Positions 24,132 through 36,664 are shown, counted from the whole stretch's first letter. The stretch is DNA of 58,418 nucleotides, filler included, from Sphacelaria rigidula (GCA_964200075.2; 8 parts of 8 records of this genome joined end to end with filler, not necessarily neighbours in it); one strand, 5' to 3'. The notes: a model not told the origin generated them from the letters alone. Program-made: numbers and translations.

Positions 24132-25271
24132 ATTACTCTGTCAGCAAGTATGCCGCTTTCCATTCGCCTACTATAGTGCAATCGACTTCGAAGGGGGATG
24201 GCAAATCGATAATCCATTCCAATTTTCAAATTGGTTGTTGTGTCAGGCTATTCCAGATTCGGCATTCGATTTCTGTGACAGAAAACACTCGTTTTTTCGG
24301 ATTACTTTTAAAAAAAACGAGAACCTTTTGAAAAAACGAGAAGTTTTCGACAAACTGCTCGAACCATGACGCCATTATATGGAGTACAGGGCAGTACATT
24401 GAAAACAAGATAACTGTGCAGTGGTGTATGGAGTGCAGAGTACTACACAGAATACGAGACAACATGGCAGTTCTGCGGTGTTTTTTTGTTTTGGAACCTG
24501 AAGACGGACTGTATACAGTATGCATCAACTTCATTTGTTGCTAAATTAATCTTGCCGTGGCCGCGAGCGCTGGCGCCGATGCCAACGGCAGCAGCCGTCA
24601 TGCTGACGGGTGCAAGCAGTACCCTGGCGGGGCAGCATATCCGCACAGTGCTGTGCATCGCTCCTTTCATTGGAGCATGGGGTCTGGCCCAGCCGGTCGA
24701 GCGGTGTATACTGGTGCTGGTTGCGTGCCTTTACCCAGAAGTGCTCGGTATCGCGCAAGTGATGGGTCCGGGTGACATGAAATTTTGAATTGTAAACAGT
24801 CAAGTGTGTAGACAGCACTGTGTCCTGACTGATACCATATGTTACAGCTTGGTTACAGAGAGACGAACACAACAATACAGTACATCAAGCAATCTCAGCG
24901 GAGACCAAACCGTCTTCGCAAGGTCTAAACACACTCTAGAACAGTGATAGCTACAGCGCATAAGAGCGGAAGTAAGTGTGTTTGTGCTGCATGGCTACAT
25001 AAGGACGTCCTGAAAAACAAACATGATACTTTGTCGTCTCGTGAAAACCGAGACGGTGAAAACGCAGCGAGAGCTCCACTACCGATGAGTCAAAGTTGGC
25101 AGACCACCAAAATATTCCGAGTCAAAAAGCCAGTCACCACCTGAGTGAGAGTTCATACTTGTAGCAGAGCACAGCACCAACCGCCTTCGCGGCTGTCCGG
25201 CTGCCATGATGACGTCTTCTCCAAAAGCTCTGGTACTGCCTGTAAGAAGACCTTCCCCTCTACCCAGGAAA

Positions 25272-25497
25272 CTTTTTACAATACCGCACCACGCAAAAAG
25301 TGGCTGGTTTGGGGAGGCATAATCTGCACATAAATCGAAATAAAAAAGCCGCGCACAACGAGCAGCTGGAAATTCGAACGCTCGGGTTCGTTTTCAACTA
25401 TGTCGCCCTTCTTACGAGGCGCCGCATCGCCATTTTCTTCGTCACAGTTTTGGGCATTTTTTTTTCTCGGGGGGGGCGGGGGGTATCGTAGAAAGTG
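25272..25497. mobile_element. MITE family F, copy 3
   Basis: Core homology; right end ggggtatcgtagaaag. Confidence 0.6.
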
Positions 25498-26518
25498 AGT
25501 GTCCCAGGTCGCTGTGCAAAGGTCCTTCCTTGGCAGGGGACACACTTCGAACCGACACAGTCACTCATCCAGCTATCGCGTGACATGGCGTGCGGAAACA
25601 TGAAGAACTCAGCAACCTCAAGTCATAGGGCGAGGCCTGGAACGTGCTTGTTGTTAACTGTGCAACTTCGATCGTGCACCCATTAACGGGCAAAGTTTAC
25701 GAGACAGCTGGCAAGATTCTGCTGTTTTTGTTGCCTCCGTACCGGTTCCCTACAATACCTTCCTCTCTATAATCGTGTATAAGACAATGAATACGAAAAA
25801 GAGAGGAAGACAAGGGCGCCATGCGTGTTATAAAAAGCGGTCCAACCAACACAGCGCCCGAAACGAGTTATACCACCGACACGGTCGCTTCAATCAATAC
25901 CAGCCTACTCCGGCATCGAGTAAGAACATGTGCTGGAAGTTCCAGCTTCATCAAGTGTCACATGCTTGGCTTCTCAATATCATCAACACCTCGTACCGGT
26001 TTTTATTTTCTTCAAGGCGCTTCAGAGCACAACACCGAATCGCACACATTCATACATGTATTATAGTTTTTCACGAAAGGAGACACCCGCTACAACAGCA
26101 CTCAAAAAATACGCCAATGTTAGTTTTAATCCAGCATTAATACTCATGTGAGTCAGCTCCGTCCTGTGTACCGAACCTTGCAAGTTCTGAGCTTGTGTTC
26201 CAGCAGACAAGAATACTGAAACGGAGCAGGAACTACGCACATGAACATACATACAAACAAAGAAAAACATTATGTATAGGTCAGATTTAAGTAAGGAGAG
26301 TGAGTGCCTCCAGCACCATAAACATTCCAGCTTTCCTGCCCACTTCATGCCGTTGAGTTTCAGTACACCAGAAAAAAAACACACAAATAAAGAACAAAAA
26401 ACAAACGGCAACAGCAACAGCAGCAGTAGCACCTAAAAAAGAGTACACACAGACACACACACAGAGACACACACACAGACTCGAACAACACAACGGCAAT
26501 ATTCTCGTCCTGAAATCT

Positions 26519-26773
26519 TCATGACGAGTTGAGTTTATCGTGAAGCTCTCGGGCGAGCTCTCCGTCTGTCTTCTTCCCCGCTTCACTCGCGGACGCCTCC
26601 TTGTCACTACCCTCAGCAGGAGTAGTCTTCGTTCCCGTTCCCTTGAAGGAGAGCAGACCCGTCGGTGCCGCCTCTTCCTGAGAAGGTATGACTTTCATCA
26701 TAACCACGGGTTCAGGCAAAGGCTCCAACGTGTCCGGCGCTGGAACGAGCTCGTAGTAGATCGAGTTATTGTC
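26519..26773 (-). CDS. Terminal exon of a BRO1-domain (ALIX/Brox-like) protein
   Basis: attcag acceptor; DNNSIYYELVP...LEPLP...MKVIP matches the BRO1 C-terminal DN..IY.E.VP motif; 85 codons ending in TGA. Confidence 0.78.
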   Translation of the reverse strand, partial: DNNSIYYELVPAPDTLEPLPEPVVMMKVIPSQEEAAPTGLLSFKGTGTKTTPAEGSDKEASASEAGKKTDGELARELHDKLNSS

Positions 26774-27057
26774 CTGAATTTTCGTAGCGTCCGTACAGCA
26801 GGGCCAGGGGGCCATGACACATCACGCCATGAGTGCATGTTTATATTTATGCTGTTCTTTCACGAGACAAATGGACATGTACAGCAGAAAAGAAAGAAAG
26901 AAAGAAAATATATATATATATATATATATACCCTGCAATACTAAATACTTAGTCATGAGTGAATTGGTGGGGAGGGGTTTTTTACCGCTGTGACTGAATA
27001 AAAACGCTGCGGTATGAAGCGTTCATACTCCGGACAATATGTGGTCAACAGTTGCTT

Positions 27058-27388
27058 TTTGTTTGTTTGTTTGTTTGTTTGTTTGTCGCACTTTGAACCC
27101 CTCCGCTTCCTCGGGACGAGTCCGTGGTCTCAAGGGATCAACCCCTTTCTTCCCGGTACACGCCTTGCATTTTGGTCTCGCGGATTGGGTCATGACTATC
27201 AGCACTCCCGCACCGTGTCAACTCACGTCCAATAAACTCAGTCGACTACTTTGTTTACTCACGTTCTCACGCTTTCCACGGCGGACATCAGATATTACGA
27301 AGAAAAAACCCCAATGCATCGGGAATCGACCCCTCGTTTTCTCCACCCTAGTGGCGACAGTCGGACCATTACACCACCAGGGCGCGGC
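27058..27388 (-). mobile_element. tRNA-derived SINE (family A), copy 2, with (AAAC)n tail
   Basis: Head gccctggtggtgtaatggtcc...ggtcgattcccg; tail aaagtgcgac(aaac)n. Confidence 0.85.
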
Positions 27389-27554
27389 GAAAGAAAAAGT
27401 TGTAGTGCGTAATGTGTGGGCCTATTGCAACTACTGCGACAACAGTTGCAATAATAGGCCTATAATTTTCATGCAATACTTTTTCTTTTTTATATTGCTA
27501 ATATTGACCACCTGCTGTCCCCGTTGTAGAAGCTTTTGAGTTAGCGGAAATAAT

Positions 27555-27807
27555 ACACGTGGGACAGCTCATGAGCACACCGAGCATCTAACTAATCGAA
27601 GAGAACGCTTAGATCCGTTGCACCGAAAAAATCGACTACTACGCGACAGCGGAGTCCGAGAAGTAAAGGCGTTATATTTCCGCTACTCGGCGTCCAGCGC
27701 TGCAGGCAGCAAATACGGAAAAGGAGGCAAAGTGAGCTAGCCCATGATCCGGATCGGTACATGAACATGAAGAAATACTCAGGTGGCTCATGAGCTGTTC
27801 AACGTGT
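27555..27807. mobile_element. ~250-bp MITE-like element with ~26-bp TIRs
   Basis: acacgtgggacagctcatgagc versus gctcatgagctgttcaacgtgt. Confidence 0.65.
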
Positions 27808-27901
27808 GCAAAAATGTGTATATACTGTGTGGAGATTTTCACAGTGATCACTGAGCCACACTCAGTCAGCGTCGCTGACTGAGTAACAACTCATGGTTAT
27901 T

Positions 27902-28114
27902 AGAGAGTTTCAGAAAACGTTTTTTTTTGGACATTTCAGAGTGCAAATACCTCAGGATCAGAGTGCAAAATAACAAAAAAACACCTCATGGAAAGAAAAA
28001 AAAAAGGTGAGGTGATACCACATTTGACGGAGGGAGAAAACCATTTTTCATCACACTCTGATCCTGAGATATTTCCAATCTGAAATAACAAAAAAGCGTT
28101 CTTAAAAACTCTCT
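27902..28114. mobile_element. Palindromic MITE (family I), ~65-bp TIRs, AGAGAG termini, ATT flanks
   Basis: ATT at 27899-27901 and 28115-28117 flank inverted arms containing ctcaggatcagagtg / cactctgatcctgag. Confidence 0.75.
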
Positions 28115-28832
28115 ATTAAAACGTCTTGACAAAATTAATCCCGGCGTCCGTCCAACCTGTTGAGCCCATAGATCGACAAGCCGTCAAGCACGGAAATACA
28201 GGGTACTCGGGGGGCGCGGTATCCTACCCTCATGACCTCTTTGACAACTATGCCCGCTGGAAGGCTTCGCACTTTGTCACCCATTACAGTGCTCGACACC
28301 ATCATATGCTTAGGCCACGGACACACGGATCACACAGGTGGACTCGCTATAAATTCAAAAGATCCGGGTAGCTGGCGAGAGCCAAAAAACGGTGACGCTT
28401 CTCACAAGTCCGCTTGCAACGCTGCCCAAGCTGGCCAGCCCTTAATCCGTTGACAGCCAGGGTATACCATGTGGGTTTTGCAGTCATTTTCTCACGTGGA
28501 AGTGATGCCTATTTTACAGGTGACCCGCCCTGGTGGTCGCGGGGTGACCTTTGACCACTCATGCTATGCAATGTATCTAGATAACGATGGGATACAGTCG
28601 GAACGGACAACATGTAGTAAATGACGCTGTTATTTTGTACTGGTGAATGTATGGCAAAAGGAGTGTCATCTATTTTTGCTCACGCCAAGTAGCACTATTA
28701 TATACGAAATGTATATATATACATATACGATGTATCCATGTATCCATAAGTGTGCACTGTTCTAGACCGTAGAAGCAGAGAAACTTTCGCCTAAGAGAAA
28801 TGTCATACTCCAGCTATCTCCTTAGAAGGAAT

Positions 28833-29070
28833 GATGCCGCGATAGCCCTTCGCCCCCCCCCCAAGAGTGACTGGTTTAAGGAGGCCAAGTCTACATACGA
28901 ATCAAAATGACAAAGGCTGAGCACAGCGAGCAGCTAGCTGGAAACTCGCACGCTTGGGATCGTCTTCGCCAACGTCGCTCATACGAGGCGCTTCATGCAA
29001 TCTGACACCAGCTATCATGCGCTGTGCACCCATTTTCTTCGTGACGCTTTTGGGGCTGGTTTGGGGGTAA
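28833..29070. mobile_element. MITE family F, copy 4
   Basis: Starts gatgccgcgatagccc; core homology. Confidence 0.7.
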
Positions 29071-29160
29071 GGGGGGGGGGGGGGGGGGGGGGGCGCTTGT
29101 TCCTTGCCTTAGGGGTTGGACCTTGGAGCCCGAACCCCTCCGCGGAAGAGCGAGAGAGGG

Positions 29161-29260
29161 NNNNNNNNNNNNNNNNNNNNNNNNNNNNNNNNNNNNNNNN
29201 NNNNTTAATTAATTAANNNNNNNNNNNNNNNNNNNNNNNNNNNNNNNNNNNNNNNNNNNN
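29161..29260. other. Artificial contig linker
   Basis: Same structure. Confidence 0.98.
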
Positions 29261-30243
29261 CTGTTCTCGGATAGAGGTTCCTGGGTGTTTTGGATCGGGG
29301 TGCGGGGGAGGGGGATAATGGAGGGGGGGGGGGGGGGTGTCTCTCTGCGGAGCATCGGAGAAGCTCACAGAGTTTACCATGTGTGTTTGGAAGTTTCTCA
29401 CGGAACATTATGAGCCGTGCACGAGGCCCGAGAGGGGCGGCATGAGCACTCTGACCAATCACAGTCGTCAAAATGAGCACTTCTGTTCTGGTAGAGCTGG
29501 ACACCTGGTAGACACATTCGCCGTCTACCCTCAAATCTCATTTTGATCATCGCAAATCAACCGTAGATTATATGCACCCAAAAATCAGGTGTTTGAGCAC
29601 CTTCGGTATTGTTCACTGTGTCTGTTAAGAACTGCCTGAACGTCCTACTAGCTCCACACCCCCATCTGGTATATGGCGTCATGGCGCAACACGCGAGCGG
29701 CGGCCACGAGTATCCTACACACGTAGATGTAGACAGGTACTTCAACGGTGAGGCGACCGCCGTCGCCGAGCAATTGCTCTACGAAAGTCAGGGGCGTTGA
29801 CGGCGGTAGTCGTGGTGCGATACCCAAACGCACGCTGCGTACACTCGGCATGTCCAACACTGTAAGATCCAGTACGCTGCAGACTGCATGTGCAGCCGCG
29901 GCACGATACACTACAGACTGGACAGCAAAAATATGAGGCGTGATGACTAGGTGGTTGACAACCACACCACCGTCTGTCTCATGACTCTCACAACTATGTG
30001 CCTCTTACGCACACCCGGTCCCTTCCGCCGTAGAGTAGGCGTTTTGAGTCGTGACAACGGAATGATTCTGAACCCAAAAAGTGGAGTGTCTACCTCAGTC
30101 TACCAGCGGGGGGGTCGCTGTGCAAGGGTTAAAGCTCAACACTCCATCACTTACACATGTACAGGGTTTTCATCATCTGCGTTCACTTATGTATGTTGAA
30201 GAGTGTATTACACTTTGAAAGGAACCCTTGAGTCAGCGCTCAC

Positions 30244-30358
30244 CTATTTGCCTGGTGATCTCGTATCCAATTCCAGACCCTCCACCCGTGATGAGAGCTA
30301 CCTTTCCTTTCAGGCAATCTGATCGAAACGGAGACGCCAGAGCTAACGACGACTCCAT
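30244..30358 (-). CDS. DECR2: First coding exon of a peroxisomal 2,4-dienoyl-CoA reductase-like SDR
   Basis: MESSLALASPFRSDCLKGKVALITGGGSGIGYEITRQI(G): SPF..D.L.GKVALITGGGSGIG Rossmann N-terminus; gtgagc donor; upstream acceptor at 30401. Not in the ORF track in this frame. Confidence 0.82.
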
Positions 30359-30982
30359 CCTTCCCTTCTACCTGTGGATCGTCTATCTCACTTGAGGGCA
30401 CCTGTGTAGCACACGCGACAGAATGACCAACCACATTGGACCAGCAGACCAACTACATCAGACCAGAGGCGCTCTGTCTAAGGATGCGGCATAATCTCAT
30501 ACGAGAGTGGTTGCACCGCACGTGCTTCTCGCACAGCTCTTCCGTGAAGTTTGCCCACGCGTTTCACAAGCAGTGCACAAAGGCATTGCAGTAGTGCTCG
30601 GGTGCTGCATTTTGTTGGTGTACTGGAACAGCGGTTGAAGCAGTGATTTTTATGGGGTTTGGGGACTTATAACATATAACACTGTGTTGTGTTTTTTGAC
30701 ATCTCAGTACGCATCTGACGATCAGAGCCGCGTGCACGAACGAGATGGCTGCGCATGGTCAGACTGCTGTTGCAAGCGAAGACGTGAACGTCAAACACCT
30801 CATGAAGAAGGTGAGATGCCCGCAGTATCTCGTTGTCGCTTGATCTTCTTCGTAATTAGATCTTAGTTGAAGCTAGCGTGTTCTACCTGCGCTAGATGTA
30901 CACTACTACTGTAACGGAAAGTTTAGGTAGCACCTTTCCTGATCGTGGGTCCTTGACGTGCAACACTGCAGTCAGTACTGTT

Positions 30983-31198
30983 GTGTGTGTTTGTGTTGTC
31001 CGATTTATTCTGGACGCCGGGCCACACCTTTCGGTACATATGGGCGCACCAGCAGGTTTCACACAGGAGGAACATCAACACAGGAGTTTTTATTTCTTTG
31101 TTATATTTTGGTACTCCACCTTCCTTCTGCGGTGCTTGCCTTTTATTTTTATCGCGAGAGGGGTTCAGCAGTCCCTTTCCCTCGTCGACCGTCAAGTC
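30983..31198 (-). mobile_element. Family D repeat copy
   Basis: Reverse complement of 5448-5660. Confidence 0.75.
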
Positions 31199-31726
31199 TG
31201 TGACGCCAGCTTGAAGAAGGGCTGGCGGATCACTGCTGTTGAGGGACTCCCCAGTCTTACTGGCCTCAGTTTCAGCTGTCAGCCCTTACAAAATCCTCGT
31301 TATTCAGGAGTGCCGTTCCAAGACACCCTCCTAGACACGCCAGGGTACCAACCTAGTGTCCCCGGTCATTATCTAGATCATCACTACCAACTCAACGTAA
31401 CCCAAGGAGTCACACATCGGGAAATCACGGCACCACCCCTCCCCCCCCCGAAGGGGTCGAGAATGAGGAAATGACCACATCAGCTGTGCTAAAACCTTAT
31501 TCTTCCCGTTTCTCAACAAATATACGGAATTAAACGATCAATCGCATCACGTAAGGTCCTCCTCGACATGAGCAGCGCGAAACCGAGGAGTTTTGGTGGG
31601 TCAGTTGTTCTTGTGGCCGTAGGGGAGCAAATTCGCTGGCTGGATAATGACTTTGAATTCACGATGATCGCTGGACAATGGGTATTGAGTGCGCGAGCTT
31701 CGGCGAGACCGGCGGTCACCGACTTA

Positions 31727-32540
31727 GGGCCTGTCTTATTAATAGCACTTTTTCTTCGATCGAAAAAGTGCGGTCGATTTGTTTTTCGCCGATCTGATAC
31801 GTCCACCGCATTCACGTTCCTTGAAGGCTTCAACTCAAAATCATCATTAGCGGCGCGCGGAGAAGAATGCAACGAGGTAGAAAACAATCGTTTTCAATCG
31901 AAAACATGCGGTCGAGAGGCACGAAGCGGCACTTGACTCCTATCTTATAGACCACCAAGCCAAATAACACCTGCTCACAGGACCATGCGAACTGCATCCA
32001 ACTCACTCTTAGCTACCACGGCGACCCTGCAGCATAGAGCACGAGTTGTGCACAGGGATAGATACACTGCAGCAGTCGGGTGTGCTTTGTTTATTTTTTG
32101 TTGGCGAAAACTTGCACATCCTCTCTCATGGTAGTGATCAGCGACGGAACTGCGTGGTACGGTGGGCAACCGAGTTGCGTGCACTCTCATGGACAATGCA
32201 GGCAGTACAAAGCTGCACGTTGCTGAAGTCCTTTTCACATCGCATTGTAAGCAGAGAGAAATTATGGTCCTAGGCTGCCTGCACTGCGCGTTGCCCGCTT
32301 GTCTTTTCTATCTTCCTGCACTCAACACACACACGCACTCCACACACCCTGCTTGCAAGCAGTGCAGACAGTACACACTGTACTGTACACGAGTGATCAT
32401 GTGCCGTTTCACGCTTTTCCCTGTATTTTTTTAATCGAAAGCTTGAAAATCCATCTGCACCCAACTGCATCAAAACGGAACATTTCCGCTCAGATCGATT
32501 CCACCGCCGCATTTTTTCGATCAAAACGAAAAGTGCGAAG
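31727..32540. mobile_element. PIF/Harbinger-type MITE (family E), right TIR truncated
   Basis: TTA then GGGCCTGTCTT...; inverted homologue of 39423-40243 over ~800 bp. Confidence 0.85.
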
Positions 32541-32845
32541 GCGTGTCTTGGCACTTTTTTTTCTCGATCGAAAAAGTGCGATCGCAAAAAAAATTGTCCT
32601 ATCTGATAGGTCCACCGCATTTATGTTCCTCCAAGGCTTCAACTCAAAATTATAATTAACGGCGCGCGGAGAAGAATGCAACGAATGGAACAAGATTTTT
32701 TTTCGATCGAAAACATGCAGTCGAAAGGCACGAAACGTAACTTATGTGGTCGGGTAATGACCACGTCGCCATTGTCCAATTGAGCACACATGCATGCGGA
32801 CCCCAACGAATTCATCCACAGCTACCACGGCAACCCTGCAGCGAA
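32540..32845 (+). mobile_element. Left terminus of a longer family-E Harbinger element
   Basis: ggcgtgtcttggcacttttt TIR plus ~300 bp subterminal homology to 31727-32040, running directly into the ORF at 32913. Confidence 0.7.
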
Positions 32846-32912
32846 ATCAAAAGTCGGGCTGGGCCCTCGGATTCACACACTGCGGTGTAGTAGGGAAGAA
32901 CCACGGCGCTAG

Positions 32913-34204
32913 ATGTCAAGCGATGCCCCCGCCTCTGGAGCACGGCCGGCTGGCGTGACAGCGGCGGCTGCTGGGAGCACCCCTCTTCCTCCAGGGGCAG
33001 CAGCGCGCCCGTGCCATACCGCAGGGGGGTTGTCAAGTCTCCACGGCGAACCCGCCGTGATTTCTCCGCAATATCCCTTGGCGGCAACGGATCCTGGCCA
33101 GCACGGACAAGCGCCGGGCGTTGCGCAGGGCGGCAACGCCGGGTGGCAACGACCGCAGATGCTCCCGTTGCTGCAATACAACTCCGGGCGGACTGTGTAC
33201 AGCTCAGGCGTGGTCGGGCCGCCTGCTGCATACAACGCACTGCCGGGCACGGCAGCATACCATCATGCACAGCTCGCGTCACCACCCGCAGTGATGGCAG
33301 GGGTTGGATCGGGGTTCGGTACGCCACCAGCAGCGCAGGCGCCGGCGGGTTTATCTCTGGTCAGGAACGCAGCAGCTGCGACCCCCGCCCCCACGCCCGC
33401 ACCAGATGTGTCCCCCCCGGTTGCTACCGCTCTATTTACAAGCCCCGTGGGCGCGGCAGCAGCGCAAACTTCATCACCTGTCAGTACAGGTGGAGGTGCA
33501 GGCGCAGGCCCTGCGGCGGCCGCAGGCGACGGACGTGGCAGCGACGACAAAACGGAGGAAATAGTAGAAACACCGCCGAAGAGGCGGCGAGGGAGTAGAC
33601 CCATCTACCATGACTGGTCTAACCCAGACGTGAGAGCCGAAATCCGCAGGCGCTCAGGAAAAACGTCAGGGTTAGTAAAGTTCGGTTCCGGGGAGGACGA
33701 TGTCACCAAGACCCTGTCCACGGCGAGGCGCGAAGAGTTGCTGAACATTCTGGAGAAGATGGACAAGTGGGACGTCGATGAAGGGAGGGGACCCGCGTGG
33801 GCGGATGCGCCGGCGTACACACCGCCGGCAAAGCGGGAGAAACGGAAGCGCGAGGGGCAGGACACTGAGGTCGACAGCAAGAAAGCCGGTAAAGAAAGGG
33901 CCAACGACGCCACGCCAGCCGACAGCGCCAGGCTTATCGCTGTCTGTTTCTCGGAGGAGTTCTATGAAGACGTTTGTCGAAGTCGCCAGACGTCGAAGGA
34001 CAGAAATGATCACGATCTGAAGCGCGTGGGAAACAAGAGTTCACCGTGGGTCCGGATCGCGCGCGCGTTCGTGGGTAAAGATTTCAAGATGGACGACGGG
34101 GGGACGCCGTCAAATTCTGTGTCCCACGCCGCTTCCACAGCGCCAGGGGTCCCGGAGATGTGGGAGAGGCTGCAAGCTCTGGACTACATAGCTCCGGCCA
34201 TACG
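32913..34204 (+). CDS. Large exon encoding an Ala/Pro/Gly-rich N-terminus, basic NLS-like motifs and a Myb/SANT-like helical region; probable Harbinger ORF1
   Basis: 431 open codons; PPKRRR and KREKRKR; D.ARLIAV.F.EEF...R.D.D...G...PW..IA.AF; gtgagt donor at 34205. Confidence 0.7.
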
Positions 34205-35504
34205 GTGAGTGTGTCCGCGACAAGTTTTTTTTTTCCAGCCCTCGGCCGTGCATGCGCGATCCTCGTCGCTCTTTGCCTCATTATAAATTTTGGTATTAAG
34301 GTGGCAACCGGGCGTGCAGTAATAGCACGCCGTCGTATACGTCGGCGGCCAACCTTTTATTTGCGGGACGGGGGGGGGTTGTGCTGACGTGTGTGCTAAC
34401 CGCGGGGGTATTTGTCAACATTCAAAATTGTGGCCTGTTGTTGCCACCATGCTAGTGTGCGCATGTGGTTCGCTGCTGCTCCCGGGCGCTTACATAACTT
34501 TTCCGTAGTTCTTGGCTGGAAAAATTCTCTGAACAAACTCATGTTAGACGACTTTTCCCAGACACTTTTTGCGGAGGAAGGGGTGTCAAAACCCCACCGT
34601 TATAGTATATAAGCAGACGGGGAATTCGCACGTGTACACCCGAGTGCGTCATCTGCCCAGCGTGCAGACGGTGGTCGTGGTCGTAATTTGCATTTTGTGC
34701 TTGTGCCACCTGCGGCAAACCAACAAAAATCCAACACGTGAAAAATCCCGTCGAGGTGCAGGATAGATGGGATGGCAACACACACATACACACACACGCG
34801 CGCGCGCGCGGGACCCACTGCAATATTAGGGTTCGAACTGATCGGCGTATCAGCCCTTATTTGATCCGATCGCCGCTTCGTACGGTAGTCCTGTCGCAAG
34901 CCGTGCAATGAGTGCATTACGATACCGCACGCAATAAATTCACTTGTCAGTCAGTAGTGTGGTAAAAACCGTATCAGTATACATAATCCTACAGAGGCCG
35001 CAATCGGTGGCGGGAACGACGGGCACGAAACAGTACGAGCAGTCAACACAGCCAGGAGGGGCGACATCGTGCTATTTTGCGGTTCTAATACTGCCGGCAA
35101 AAATGCACTGTATTGTCTGTACTATATGCCCCTGGCCTTACAGTCATGAAGACCATGCCCGGAGTGTTGCGGAAGCTATCCTGTTGACACGGGACTGTAC
35201 GTGCAACATGGACAGCTCCTTTTGCACTGACTGTGCGATTGCGGGTGCGGTGTGCGAATAATGTGTGATGGAACGACGATTCCCAGGCAGAAAAAGTCTC
35301 CGAGTATCGATATCTTCGCGCAGAGAGGTTTGGGAAAATCCCGCTGCCTGCAATTTTTTGCCAAATTCCCTTGAATTTCCACAGGCGTTTTCCATGAAAA
35401 ATGCCTCTTACGCAATCTGAAGACAAAATTCCGGGAAGCGACCAAAACGAGTTTTCTATGCAACTGTTTACGGTCTAGAATCCCGGATATTACAGCACCC
35501 GAAT

Positions 35505-35835
35505 GTTTGGCTCACAAGTTGTTCACTCTCGGGACGTTTGAGCCACGTTTTGACTCCCAAACAGGGAAAACCGTCAACACACGTCTTGGACACTTTGCGT
35601 CACGCCACAGAGAGGAGCCTAGCCCACTTTCCAGATTCGCTTGGCTCCAGGGTTTCGAGAGTGGTCGCTTCAAAAAAATCGTGTGCAAACATCTGTGCTT
35701 GCCGACCCCCGCCAGTTGCCCAATAATCTGTGGAGGTCGTCGTATATTTCGTTTCACACGGATCTTTATGCTGCTTTATTTTCGAGTATCGCCACTTCCA
35801 GAGACAGCCACGGTTTATCCACTGCCTCATGGGTG
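35505..35835 (-). mobile_element. Retroposon family G fragment
   Basis: Contains the reverse complement of catgaggcagtg...ccgtggctgtctctggaagtggcgatac; lower boundary approximate. Confidence 0.45.
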
Positions 35836-36475
35836 CCTAACAAACTGTCTCTCGATCGGTAACGAGAGGAGCACGGGGGGGGACCGGCGGCCTGTTGTCC
35901 TCTGGTTTATTGTCGCGATGTATTGGCGGATGCAGCCAGCGGCCATGTGCAGAGATGGTTCGAATGGAGACCGTGGAGGTGACGGATACATCGCCCCTCC
36001 AAGCTCGGTCACCTACCGTGATTTCATTTATGGGACTATGATCCAGTTCGTGTGCCTGCACTACCGACCACTAGTATTCCGGGCAAATGTGGTGATGCGT
36101 GAGATATTGCTGCTACTTCGGCTACAGGCTGTTGCTGCCATGCACTCGTCGATGGTACAAAGATGTGTGTAAGCGTTGCCGGCATCCGAGGTGATGGGGA
36201 CAGGGCGGGCAAGGAGTACAGGCGAATGAATGTACGAATCTCGCAAAGCCCGCCAGCGTGTTCGTTGTTTTGTCGATGTTGAATAAATAGTTTGAACCAG
36301 AAATTCTCCCCCCCAAAACAAGAAATCACGAGACGACATACGAAAACGATGACAATTAAAACAAAATGCCCTCCCGGAGGGATGGGGGCGGCGGGGGGGG
36401 GGGGGGGGGGGGGGGGGGGTCGGGTGCGGTGAAAACTATTTTAACTTACACTTCCGCGCGCCCGTGGTTGGGGGG

Positions 36476-36575
36476 NNNNNNNNNNNNNNNNNNNNNNNNN
36501 NNNNNNNNNNNNNNNNNNNTTAATTAATTAANNNNNNNNNNNNNNNNNNNNNNNNNNNNNNNNNNNNNNNNNNNN
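36476..36575. other. Artificial contig linker
   Basis: Same structure. Confidence 0.98.
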
Positions 36576-36664
36576 TAGTTCAGCGGCCGCCTCCCGCGCC
36601 AACCCCCCTCCGCCCCCCCCCGCCCCGCCGCCCCCCCCCCCCCCCCCCCCGTGTACCTCCTTCA

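Noticed and set aside
29600-29900. Second DECR2 exon, or a copia RT relic
   Set aside because: No frame continues the SDR sequence, and the RT resemblance (THVDVD) is too weak to call
30240-30452. 70-aa ORF-track protein MVCWSNVV...
   Set aside because: Wrong frame; the SDR motif lies in another frame starting at 30358
35507-36172. 221-aa ORF as a gene
   Set aside because: Overlaps an antisense repeat copy, has no motifs and starts at a non-ATG codon
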